Part shown: in pieces, positions 19,370 through 28,620 of the stretch | Position numbering within the stretch: the first letter of the stretch is position 1 | Layout of the letters: each line of letters begins with the position of its first letter | Notes under the pieces: generated by a model | Database searches by the model: none | Told to the model about the DNA's origin: nothing | What the model saw: the letters and a program-made list of their open reading frames with translations, nothing else | DNA from: Smithellaceae bacterium | GTDB lineage: Bacteria; Desulfobacterota; Syntrophia; Syntrophales; Smithellaceae | Assembly: GCA_963682015.1 (NCBI GenBank) | Contig: OY820932.1 | Coordinates: forward strand, 354,804-418,803 | Reading direction: 5' to 3' | Length of the DNA stretch: 64,000 bases | Position numbers and translations under genes: made by a program

Positions 19370-19407
19370 AAAAAAGGAGCCCGAATTGCTTCCGGCTCCT
19401 TTTTTTT
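19370..19407. terminator. Bidirectional terminator between the hydrolase gene and tRNA-fMet
   Basis: AAAAAAGGAGCC...GGCTCCTTTTTTTT. Confidence 0.75.
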
Positions 19408-19409
19408 AT

Positions 19410-19486
<77 letters not shown>

Positions 19487-19569
19487 ACAAAACTTTTTTT
19501 AACGGGTGACTTTAGACCATTATCTCCAAGGTTTGTCAAGGAGTTATTTAGTAAATCCCCGTTATGGAT

Positions 19570-20118
19570 TTAGAAAACAAAAACAGCGGCCGCAACAACA
19601 GTTGTATACCAGTTATTTTTAACAATAGTCGATTGCGTAATGTTGCGCGTGCTGACGATCTTTCCGCTGATTTTGAATATTTCTTTCTTTTCGTCCCAGC
19701 TCTCATCAAGATCAAAATCAATGCCCAGCGTTGATGCCAGCATTGCCGCGGCCAGATCTTCCGCGTAATCTCCCGTCTCTTTTTCGTTTCTGCCGAAAGC
19801 GTGATGTTCGCTGATATATCCATATGCTTTCCTGTCCGCGGGAATAGCCAGCCCCACCGACGCGGAAAGCAGCCGTCGCGGTTCGTTGCTGCAGCAACGG
19901 CTCATCACACAGTAGGTAATCGCTCCCGGTTGCAGTTCTTTAATGCCCTGCGTTTTGGAAATCACTTTGCAGCCTGGCGGAAAAATGCTGGATACCTGCA
20001 CCAGATTGCACTTCTCAATACCGGCATCGCGCAGAGCCAGTTCAAATGAATGCAGCTCCTCTTTGTGGGAACCTACGCCTTTCGTGAAAAATATCTTTTT
20101 AGGTACGCTTGAATTCAA
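19570..20118 (-). CDS. pdaD: Pyruvoyl-dependent arginine decarboxylase
   Basis: SFELALRDAGIE, NLVQVSSI self-cleavage site, GYISEHH; TTG start inferred from RBS GGAG; downstream of agmatinase. Confidence 0.9.
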   Translation of the reverse strand: MNSSVPKKIFFTKGVGSHKEELHSFELALRDAGIEKCNLVQVSSIFPPGCKVISKTQGIKELQPGAITYCVMSRCCSNEPRRLLSASVGLAIPADRKAYGYISEHHAFGRNEKETGDYAEDLAAAMLASTLGIDFDLDESWDEKKEIFKISGKIVSTRNITQSTIVKNNWYTTVVAAAVFVF

Positions 20119-20159
20119 TTTTCTATCTCCCTGGTAAAGTAGTTGCAACAGACATTCGT

Positions 20160-21005
20160 CTATTTTGTCATATAACCCATTAAGCGGTAGATCAGTTTCG
20201 ACGCCATGAAATCCGGCGCGACAACACCGGGCAAAGGCGCCAGTTCAACAACATCAAAACCGCGGATACTGCATTTCTGCGCAACCAGTCGGAGCAACTG
20301 CAAAACGTCGCGCCAGTCAAGACCGCCCGGTTCCGGAGTGCCGGTCGCCGACATGATCGAAGGATCAAACACATCCAGATCAATTGTGATAAAAACATCG
20401 CCGCGCAGGTCTTTGCAAATCGTCTGAGCCCAGTTCTTATTGGCTGCAATATAATCAGCACTGTAGGATTTTACCTTGCTTTGCGGTAAATAATCTCCCT
20501 CTTCCTTGCTCATACTGCGAATGCCTGCCTGGACCAGGGGGCAAATTTCGGTAATTCGTCTGGCCACACAGGCATGATTGTAAGGCGTGCCCTGATAGCT
20601 GTCACGCAGATCGGCGTGGGCATCCAACTGCAAGACCGTCAATTTCGGATATTTCTCTGCAACGGCCTGAACGGCGCCCAGTGTTATGCTATGCTCGCCG
20701 CCCAGCATAACCGGTATCTTATTTAAGGCAACAATACGACTGATTTTCTTGCGAACCGCGCTGATCATGTTTTTGGGCCCGCGGGCATCGACGCTCAATG
20801 GCGGTAAAGTATGAATGCCGGCCAGGTATGTTTCTTTTTTCAACTCTTCATCATAAAGCTCCATGTTGGTTGAAGCTTCGATAATGGCCAGCGGACCCCG
20901 GCGGCTGCCGGGCTGGTAAGTTGATGTTAAATCATAAGGAACGGGAACTACGACGAAGTGAGCGTCACGCAGCGAACATTCGGGATATATTCCGCCAAAA
21001 TTCAT
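20160..21005 (-). CDS. speB: Agmatinase
   Basis: Ureohydrolase motifs GGEHS, DAHAD, DLDVFDP, TGTPEPGG and VEL. Confidence 0.93.
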   Translation of the reverse strand: MNFGGIYPECSLRDAHFVVVPVPYDLTSTYQPGSRRGPLAIIEASTNMELYDEELKKETYLAGIHTLPPLSVDARGPKNMISAVRKKISRIVALNKIPVMLGGEHSITLGAVQAVAEKYPKLTVLQLDAHADLRDSYQGTPYNHACVARRITEICPLVQAGIRSMSKEEGDYLPQSKVKSYSADYIAANKNWAQTICKDLRGDVFITIDLDVFDPSIMSATGTPEPGGLDWRDVLQLLRLVAQKCSIRGFDVVELAPLPGVVAPDFMASKLIYRLMGYMTK

Positions 21006-21207
21006 ATGTTTTTATCCTTTTTCTTCATTAAAAAGCTGTTTCCGACCAGCTTTTTCTGTGTTTTGGGAATACGCTTCAAAATGTTCCCGAAAGACACAAA
21101 ATTTCTCTTTTTTTGTAAAAAAGATCGGGTTTCCTAGCATAAAGAAAAAGATATGTCCAGTATTTCATCCGATCCTTTATGCTTGAAAGACCACAGAAAC
21201 GAGATCT

Positions 21208-21984
21208 TTAACGAGGTAAATAGTAGCTTAAGAAGAATTTTCTGCTTTCATAATACAAAAACGAATAGTGTGTAATCCAGTCTCCCAGTGTAACAAACGT
21301 TTTTTTCTTTCCCTCCACATCAAAATAACGCAGGACGGGCTTGTGACAATGCCCCAGGATCACGGCATCATAATTTTCGCGCAGTTTACCGGAAGCAAAG
21401 GAGAGCATCTTTTCCACAAGGTAGTCGCCGTTTTCATCATTGATTTGTTTGCTGGCACTGGAAGTCATCCCGGCAATCGCCCAGCGCATCGATGCGGGAA
21501 GCAGTCGCTGAATTTGATAAAACGGCCGGCTGCGCAGAATTCTTCGAAACATCATGTATATCCGATCAGATCGATCCGCTGTATCACCGTGAGAAATCAG
21601 CATCTGTAATCGATCCATCCGGATGGTGGCCCATTCTTCAAAAACTTCCATACCCAGCACATTCTGAAAATACTCTTTCATGAAGAAATCATGATTCCCT
21701 TCGCAAAAATGGATCCGGATGCCGATTTTCTGAAGTTCTATCAGTTTGCCGATCACCAGTTGAAATTCGGAATAAATGCGATGAGGTTCACAAAACCAGA
21801 AATCAAAGAAATCGCCCAGGATAAAGAGATCATCAATCTGCGTTCTTTCCCGACCAACCTCCGGAACATTAATAAGCGCGCGTATATTCCCCTCCTGGAG
21901 ATCGTTAAAAAAATGGATTAACTGGCCATACCGCTCGTCTGCTGCACGCTTCAAGTGAGCATCAGATAGAAAAACTGCTTTCAT
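21208..21984 (-). CDS. lpxH: UDP-2,3-diacylglucosamine diphosphatase (LpxH-like metallophosphoesterase)
   Basis: SDAH, GDFFDFW, GNHD, HGD, GHCH and LGDW motifs; divergent from kdsD. Confidence 0.8.
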   Translation of the reverse strand: MKAVFLSDAHLKRAADERYGQLIHFFNDLQEGNIRALINVPEVGRERTQIDDLFILGDFFDFWFCEPHRIYSEFQLVIGKLIELQKIGIRIHFCEGNHDFFMKEYFQNVLGMEVFEEWATIRMDRLQMLISHGDTADRSDRIYMMFRRILRSRPFYQIQRLLPASMRWAIAGMTSSASKQINDENGDYLVEKMLSFASGKLRENYDAVILGHCHKPVLRYFDVEGKKKTFVTLGDWITHYSFLYYESRKFFLSYYLPR

Positions 21985-22176
21985 GATAATCTTCTCGTCC
22001 TCTTACAAAGTTACTGATCTCAAAACAGAAACTCCGTGCGAAACCATGATTTATTTTATTGAATCTGTCAAATAGAAATAAGTATTTGATTCTTGTTTTG
22101 TATGATTTTTTTTGCTAGTTTTTCCATATCGTCTGTCATACAGATAAATAAAAGATTAACACTCAGGATAAAAAAC

Positions 22177-23172
22177 ATGAACAACAACCGAGCGGCAATT
22201 CATAGAGCCAAAGAGGTTTTGAAAATTGAAGCCCAAAGCATCATGAGCCTTATCGATAAAATAAACGCCAATTTTACCCGGGCGGTTGACCTCATTTTTA
22301 AGTGCAAAGGACTGGTCATTATTACAGGCATCGGCAAATCCGGCTTAATCGGACAGAAAATTGTCGCCACATTGACAAGCACGGGAACGCAGGCGCTCTT
22401 TCTGCACCCGGTGGAAGGCATTCACGGAGATCTCGGTATTGTGACAAAGAAAGACATCCTGCTGGCCATTTCCAACAGCGGAGAAACCCGGGAATTGATG
22501 CCTATCATCAGTTCGGTCAGACGTATCGGGGCACCGATCATTTGCTTTACAGGCGTTCTTACCTCCACACTGGCCCAAAACAGCGATATCGTCATTGACG
22601 TATCTGTAGAAAAAGAAGCCTGCCCGTTCGGGCTCGCACCGACCTCCAGTTCCACGGCCACACTGGCCATGGGAGACGCTCTGGCCATCGCGTTGATCGA
22701 CAAACGGAAATTCCGGGAAAAGGATTTTTACAAGTTTCATCCGGGCGGAAGCCTGGGTGCAAGACTTCGGGCAACGGTTAGCGACGCCATGATTGTTGGT
22801 GACAGGATTCCACGCGTGCTGACCGGAACTCCGGCGCGACAGGCCATTACAGTCATTGATCGGATGAACGTCGGATTCGTCCTGATAACTGACAAAAAAA
22901 ACAACCTGCTCGGTATTCTCACTGACGGTGATGTTCGGCGAATGGTTAGTAAAGGGATATCCATTGAAGGACTTACCATCGACGAAGTAATGACGGTTAA
23001 TCCTAAAACCATCAACGAAAGAGCGTCTCTAGCTGAATCCGTTGAGTTCATGCAGAAGAAGGAAATCACCTCGCTGGCCGTAGTCAATGAAAAGAAAAAA
23101 CTTAAAGGATATGTCCACCTGCACGATATCTTCGGGAGGGGCGGATCGGTCAATATTTCACTAACCTACTAA
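22177..23172 (+). CDS. kdsD: Arabinose-5-phosphate isomerase (KpsF/GutQ, SIS + 2 CBS)
   Basis: GIGKSG, HGDLG, SNSGET, EACPFGLAPTSS, HPGG and tandem CBS domains. Confidence 0.92.
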   Translation: MNNNRAAIHRAKEVLKIEAQSIMSLIDKINANFTRAVDLIFKCKGLVIITGIGKSGLIGQKIVATLTSTGTQALFLHPVEGIHGDLGIVTKKDILLAISNSGETRELMPIISSVRRIGAPIICFTGVLTSTLAQNSDIVIDVSVEKEACPFGLAPTSSSTATLAMGDALAIALIDKRKFREKDFYKFHPGGSLGARLRATVSDAMIVGDRIPRVLTGTPARQAITVIDRMNVGFVLITDKKNNLLGILTDGDVRRMVSKGISIEGLTIDEVMTVNPKTINERASLAESVEFMQKKEITSLAVVNEKKKLKGYVHLHDIFGRGGSVNISLTY

Positions 23173-23190
23173 CATAATTGGTGTATTATC

Positions 23191-23715
23191 ATGGCGTTGT
23201 ATGAATTCGATGGGAAAAGTCCGCAGGTTCCTTCCGACTCTTTTGTTCATCCCAGCGCGGTTTTGATCGGCGATGTGCGCCTCGGACATGAATGTCTGAT
23301 TGCACCCGGCGTTTCCATTCGTGCAGACTTCGGTCCGGTCATTGTTGGCAACCGTTCCAGCATCCAGGACAATGCGGTGATTCATGTCTATCCGGGCTCT
23401 CGTTCTATTATTGAAGATGACGTAACCGTCGCACATGGCGTGATCCTGCACGACGTACACATTCATGCCCGATGCATGATCGGCATCGGTTCCATCGTTC
23501 TTTTTAATGTTGTTTGCGAAGAAGATGTGTTCGTTTCCGTGGGATCGCTGGTTCCCAAAGGGATGCACATTCCCGCCGGGAAAATTATTGCAGGCAATCC
23601 GGCAAAAATCATCCGCGATGTTACTGACAAGGACAAAGCATCCGCTAAAGACGGCATTGAAGCTTACCGCTACCTTTGCCGGACCTATCTGGCAACCATG
23701 AAAAACTCTGCCTGA
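23191..23715 (+). CDS. Gamma-carbonic anhydrase family (PaaY/YrdA-like) hexapeptide protein
   Basis: IGDV, RAD, IQDN..IH, HG..LH and GNPAK motifs. Confidence 0.88.
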   Translation: MALYEFDGKSPQVPSDSFVHPSAVLIGDVRLGHECLIAPGVSIRADFGPVIVGNRSSIQDNAVIHVYPGSRSIIEDDVTVAHGVILHDVHIHARCMIGIGSIVLFNVVCEEDVFVSVGSLVPKGMHIPAGKIIAGNPAKIIRDVTDKDKASAKDGIEAYRYLCRTYLATMKNSA

Positions 23716-23750
23716 TCCGGTATCGTTTTTCTTATCAATAGACGCCGCCC

Positions 23751-24542
23751 TCAAACTGCGCCAGTTTCATTGTGCTTCTTTTTCCGGGCTTTTATCAGCA
23801 AAACCGTCGCTAGCGGTCGTGGCATGACCATGGCGTCAAGCCATGCGAGAAGTGCAAATAATCTGTTTCCCCACTTGAATAGAGTAATGACAACATCCGG
23901 CGGTGCTTCAGGTTTCTTGCCGCTGCCGGTTTTGCTTCTCGATTTTTCCAGCATAGATGCACAAACCGTTACAGTCCACATGGTAATTTTCTCCAGCGGT
24001 CCTAGCACTTTTGTGACTGATACAATATAAAACCCTGCTTCTTCCAGCAGGGCAGTCACATCGGAAATTTCATACCGGCGATAATGCTCAACGAAACGGT
24101 CATCATGAGCAAAATAAAACTGACGATGAGGAAACGTGATAATCAGTGTGCCATCGGGCATTGTCACTCTGGACATTTCCGCCAGGGCTCTTCTGTCGTC
24201 GCTAAGATGCTCCAGGACTTCCGAAGCAATCACATGTGAGAAGGAATGATCCGGAAAAGGCAGATGCATGGCGTCCGCGACAACATATTGCCCTTTCCCG
24301 TGGATCTTTTTCAGCATATCAAGAGCCGATGCGGATAGATCAGAATAAACCATGCGGTCCCACGAAGTTAAAACCGGCGAAATACCACTGCCGATTTCAA
24401 GGACGAGATCCTTTACTTCCTTCTGCATCGCCTTTTCTACCGCACGCTTTCTGAGCAGATAGTTGTAAAGGTGGTTTTTCAGGGTCACATATTTTTCATC
24501 TTCAAAGAAAGCCTGAAAACGATTTTCAGCAACAGTCGACAT
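23751..24542 (-). CDS. Class I SAM-dependent methyltransferase
   Basis: LEIGSG, DAMHLPFPD, SEVLEH and HDD...HYRRY, a type typical of glycosylation clusters. Confidence 0.88.
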   Translation of the reverse strand: MSTVAENRFQAFFEDEKYVTLKNHLYNYLLRKRAVEKAMQKEVKDLVLEIGSGISPVLTSWDRMVYSDLSASALDMLKKIHGKGQYVVADAMHLPFPDHSFSHVIASEVLEHLSDDRRALAEMSRVTMPDGTLIITFPHRQFYFAHDDRFVEHYRRYEISDVTALLEEAGFYIVSVTKVLGPLEKITMWTVTVCASMLEKSRSKTGSGKKPEAPPDVVITLFKWGNRLFALLAWLDAMVMPRPLATVLLIKARKKKHNETGAV

Positions 24543-24550
24543 GAAAGCCC

Positions 24551-25294
24551 CTAGGGGAAGAGCGGGGTATCTACTACCCCGGCCCTTGACAAGCGAAATT
24601 GTATCGCAGTCATGAGACAGCCGAAACCGTATTTCACACTGCGTTTGAAGTTAATGGATGACGCCTCGGCAAAATATTTTGTCGGGCAACTGACTTCAGC
24701 AATGGTATAACCCTTCCAGATGATCTGGGCCAGCATCTGATTGTCAAACACGAAATCATCGGAATTTGTTTCCAAGGGTATTTTTTCCAACAGCTCCCTG
24801 GAAAAGGCCCTGTAACCCGTATGGTACTCGGAGAGCTTGGCTCCCAGAATAATGTTTTCCGTAAACGTCAGGAAACGATTGGCGATATATTTCCACAACG
24901 GCATCCCGCTTCTCCATGCATATCCACCCAGGATTCTTGATCCCAGCACACAATGATAAAGTCCGTTTCCAATCATGGAGACCATGGCAGGAATCAGTTT
25001 CGGCGTATACTGATAATCGGGATGCACCATAATGACAATATCCGCTCCCTCTTCCATGGCCATCCGGTAACAGGTTTTCTGATTTGCACCATATCCTCTG
25101 TTTTTGTTATGAACATGAACCACCGTGCCGGGCAATTGGCTGGCAATATCCGCCGTTTCATCAGAGCTTGCATCGTCCACCAGAATCACCAGGTCAACAA
25201 TCTCCTGCGCCATGACCTCATCATAGGTCAGTTTCAGCGTCTGAGCCGCATTGTATGCGGGCATCACGACAATGACTTTTTTATTCTTGTACAT
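24551..25294 (-). CDS. GT2 glycosyltransferase (polyprenol-phosphate sugar synthase/DPM1-like)
   Basis: VMPAYN, VDDASSD, NRGYG, HPDYQY, GSR, EYHTGYRAF; no C-terminal TMs. Confidence 0.88.
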   Translation of the reverse strand: MYKNKKVIVVMPAYNAAQTLKLTYDEVMAQEIVDLVILVDDASSDETADIASQLPGTVVHVHNKNRGYGANQKTCYRMAMEEGADIVIMVHPDYQYTPKLIPAMVSMIGNGLYHCVLGSRILGGYAWRSGMPLWKYIANRFLTFTENIILGAKLSEYHTGYRAFSRELLEKIPLETNSDDFVFDNQMLAQIIWKGYTIAEVSCPTKYFAEASSINFKRSVKYGFGCLMTAIQFRLSRAGVVDTPLFP

Positions 25295-25542
25295 CTTCTA
25301 TATATCCCACTGTTTTCGTTCTCTGGTGAAACATTTTAAATAATGAATATAAGCGATTATCGGCACATCATTCTTTTAACCCACACTCTGGTCCTGATTG
25401 ATCCTGGCTAGCCCTCAAGATCTAAAAGCAAGCCTTCAAAAACCTTTCTTGCCAGTTTTGATTATTTATTCCATTGTATTCTTCATTATGATAGTAAAAT
25501 TACCGTTATTCAATATCATAAGCGGTATCAAAAAGGAATATC

Positions 25543-27027
25543 TTGATCAGAAATACTTTTACATATATTCGAATCATTCTGATTGCCGGCGCGTTATATT
25601 TATTGTTTATTACACTATTTTCCAGAACTGCAGCAGATGTTGATTTATGGGGATATCTGTCTTTTGGCCGTATTTTCTGGAAACAGGAAACCTTTCCTTT
25701 TCAAGACATCTTTTCCTATGTACCAACAAACCCTGTATGGGTGTATCATGAATGGCTGACAGGTGTCATTTTCTATTCCATTTTAGACTACGCAGGACCT
25801 GCTGGATTGCAGGTCCTGCGATACATTATTATCGTAATCACTCTTTACCTTATCTACCTGACTGCAATTAAAAAAAGTGGAAATTCCATATCGGCATGGA
25901 TGGCTCTTCTTCCGGCGGTTGTTTTGATTTCTTACGGTTATTCGACCATTGTCAGGGCGCAAATTTTTACTTATCTCTTTTTTATTTTGACGATTTTTAT
26001 TATTGAGAGCGCCAGAAGAGATCAAAAATGGCTTGTGCTTTTATGGCTGGTGCCTATTCAACTTCTCTGGTGCAACCTTCACGGCGGATATTTAACAGGC
26101 CTCGGTTTAATCGGCCTTTATGCTCTGGGAGACGCCGTGTCAGGAAAAAAAATTATTCCTTTAGTGATCATCCTGTTGCCAGCCACACTCATCACTCTGA
26201 TCAACCCTTACGGAATCGAATACTGGAAATTCATTTTCCATGCCGTATCGATGCCTCGCCCGGAAATCGATGAATGGATGTCGATCACAGCTGCCTTAAA
26301 AAATAGCTATATGATTGTTCCTGTTGTCTCCTTCATTCTTTTGAGCCTGGTTTGTTTCTTTTCTTTTATGACTCGTTCTAAAAAGTATTTTACGGAAATT
26401 CTGATTCTTATGGTCATCTGTTATCTGGGCTATAAACACGCCAGACATACGATATTTTTAGGAATTCTTTTTGGCGCCTTTTTCCCTGCGATTCTTTTCG
26501 ACATAAGGAAGACTTCTTTTCCAAAGCAGCGATTCGTAAACATGTCCTGGATCGCGCCAATTCTGCTTGTGATTTTTTTCTTATCCTCTCATTGGCTCAT
26601 TCATCGCTCTTCTCCGATCAATTACCTTCCTTCATACGCCCTTACGGTATCTTACTCTTACTACCCCATCGGGGCTCTGAACTGGATGAAAAATAACAAA
26701 ATTCGAGGATATATATTACCCTTTTTTGGTTGGGGAGAATTTCTGATGTGGTCGTGTTATCCGGATTGCAAGGTTGCCATGGATGGAAGATACGAAACGG
26801 TATATCCGGAAGCAGTCCATAAAGAATATTTTAACTTTTTTATGGCAAGGGAAGGATGGCAAATCTTCTTGAACAAATACCCTCACGACATGGTATTGAT
26901 CAAACCACACACAAAAATCCATGACTTGATGCTCCAGCAGTCCGCGTGGAAGCACGTGTATGCTGATTCTACCAGTTCCTTATTTATGAGGAAAACTTTT
27001 CAGGAAACATCGACAAACATCCATTAG
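25543..27027 (+). CDS. Polytopic GT-C-fold membrane protein (STT3/OST-like), paralog of 51372..52901
   Basis: DVDLWG after TM1, HEWL, WCNLHGG, INPYG, IDEW, and a C-terminal soluble domain with WGE...DGR. Confidence 0.65.
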   Translation: MIRNTFTYIRIILIAGALYLLFITLFSRTAADVDLWGYLSFGRIFWKQETFPFQDIFSYVPTNPVWVYHEWLTGVIFYSILDYAGPAGLQVLRYIIIVITLYLIYLTAIKKSGNSISAWMALLPAVVLISYGYSTIVRAQIFTYLFFILTIFIIESARRDQKWLVLLWLVPIQLLWCNLHGGYLTGLGLIGLYALGDAVSGKKIIPLVIILLPATLITLINPYGIEYWKFIFHAVSMPRPEIDEWMSITAALKNSYMIVPVVSFILLSLVCFFSFMTRSKKYFTEILILMVICYLGYKHARHTIFLGILFGAFFPAILFDIRKTSFPKQRFVNMSWIAPILLVIFFLSSHWLIHRSSPINYLPSYALTVSYSYYPIGALNWMKNNKIRGYILPFFGWGEFLMWSCYPDCKVAMDGRYETVYPEAVHKEYFNFFMAREGWQIFLNKYPHDMVLIKPHTKIHDLMLQQSAWKHVYADSTSSLFMRKTFQETSTNIH

Positions 27028-27076
27028 TCAACACTGCAAACCAGTTTTTTCAGTAAAACATACCCTAAATAAACTG

Positions 27077-27109
27077 AAAAAGGGATTGGTGATTCCTCAC
27101 CAATCCCTT
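27077..27109. terminator. Terminator hairpin downstream of tRNA-Val
   Basis: AAGGGATTGGTGA-ttcc-TCACCAATCCCTT with an A-run that reads as a U-tract on the minus strand. Confidence 0.8.
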
Positions 27110-27117
27110 GATTCTCA

Positions 27118-27192
27118 TGGTAGGCGGTACTGGGATTGAACCAGTGACTTCTACCGTGTGAAGGTAGCACTCTCCCGCTGAGTTAACCGCCC
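27118..27192 (-). tRNA. tRNA-Val (CAC)
   Basis: 75-nt cloverleaf GGGCGGT...; anticodon arm CTACC-TT-CAC-AC-GGTAG; TTCAAT T-loop; encoded CCA. Confidence 0.96.
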
Positions 27193-27356
27193 GAGTGTGG
27201 TCTGCTATAGCTTAAAGCATCCCGCATTTCAAGCAAAAAGACTTCCTCCGCGTCAAGATTCGACCAGTCGGGAAAAAGCCGCTGACCCTTCCGCCAAAAA
27301 AATGCATGACGGAAGGGTTCTAGCGACACTTTCAGCTTGGCGCTGGAGGGGTTTAA

Positions 27357-28550
27357 TTACAGCATTTCATAAATTGCGGCTGCACCCATACCGCCGCCGA
27401 TACACATGGAAACGATGCCACGCTTGCCGCCGCGACGCTTCAATTCATGCAGCAACTGAGCCGTCAGCTTTGCGCCGGTGCATCCCAGAGGATGGCCCAG
27501 GGCAATGGCGCCGCCGTTGGGGTTGATATCGCCCGCCCAGTAGCGGTCTTCGATACCGACCACGCGGCAGGAATAGATCGCCTGCGATGCGAAGGCTTCG
27601 TTAATTTCAAACACATCGATATCCTTCGGCGTAAGACCGGCCATTTTCAATACCTTGGGAATTGCATAGGCGGGACCGACACCCATTTCTTCGGATTTGC
27701 AACCGGCCACAGCGTAATATGCCAGGCGAGCCAGAGGCTTAAGCCCTAGTGCTTTGGCTTTTTCAGCCGTCATCAGCAGTGAGAATGCCGCGCCATCCGT
27801 CATCTGAGAAGAATTGGCGGCCGTTACGTTACCACCCGCTTTAAAGGGTGATTTCAATTTTGCCATGTTTTCCATCGTTACCGGCCAGCGAACACCGTCA
27901 TCCGTGTCAAAAATGAATGTTTCACGGACACGCTTGCCATTTTTAATTTTGTATTTGAATGCATCAATCGGAATGATTTCATCTTTGAATTTTCCGGCTT
28001 TGATCGCTTCATACGCGCGACGATTGCTTTCCACTCCGAATTTATCCATATCTTCGCGGGTAACATTGTAATTCATTGCTACATTTTCCGCCGTGTTGCC
28101 CATATTGATATAAACATCCGGCATACTGCCGTCAAATTTCCAGTCGGGGTTGGGACGCATGGCCGAACCGCCCATGGGAATATGCGACATGGTTTCGCAA
28201 CCACCGGCAATGATGATTTCCGACCACCCGGCACGGATTTTTGCCGTCGCGTCAGCAATCGCCTGAACACCGGATGAACAGAAACGGTTAACCGTCATGC
28301 CGGAGCAGGAAATGGGTAGACCGGCTCCCATGGCCAGAATTCTTCCCAGGTTCATCCCCTGTTCGCATTCCGGGAAAGAACAACCAACGATTAAATCATC
28401 TATTTCAGCAGGATTAACCTGCGGCACACGGGCCATCAGGCCTTTAAGAACCTGTATTCCATATACATCGGATCTCGTTGCGGCGAGACCTCCTCTTTTA
28501 TAACGACTGCCCGGACTTCTCACGGATTCTACAATTACAGCATCGCTCAT
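27357..28550 (-). CDS. fadA: Thiolase (acetyl-CoA C-acyltransferase)
   Basis: NRFCSSG, NEAF, GHPLG and SMCIGGGMG motifs. Confidence 0.93.
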   Translation of the reverse strand: MSDAVIVESVRSPGSRYKRGGLAATRSDVYGIQVLKGLMARVPQVNPAEIDDLIVGCSFPECEQGMNLGRILAMGAGLPISCSGMTVNRFCSSGVQAIADATAKIRAGWSEIIIAGGCETMSHIPMGGSAMRPNPDWKFDGSMPDVYINMGNTAENVAMNYNVTREDMDKFGVESNRRAYEAIKAGKFKDEIIPIDAFKYKIKNGKRVRETFIFDTDDGVRWPVTMENMAKLKSPFKAGGNVTAANSSQMTDGAAFSLLMTAEKAKALGLKPLARLAYYAVAGCKSEEMGVGPAYAIPKVLKMAGLTPKDIDVFEINEAFASQAIYSCRVVGIEDRYWAGDINPNGGAIALGHPLGCTGAKLTAQLLHELKRRGGKRGIVSMCIGGGMGAAAIYEML

Positions 28551-28620
28551 GATTTTCCTCCTTCATGTCATGAAGACGCGGGGAATATGCATACGATCAC
28601 CGCGTCTGTGATTATATATT

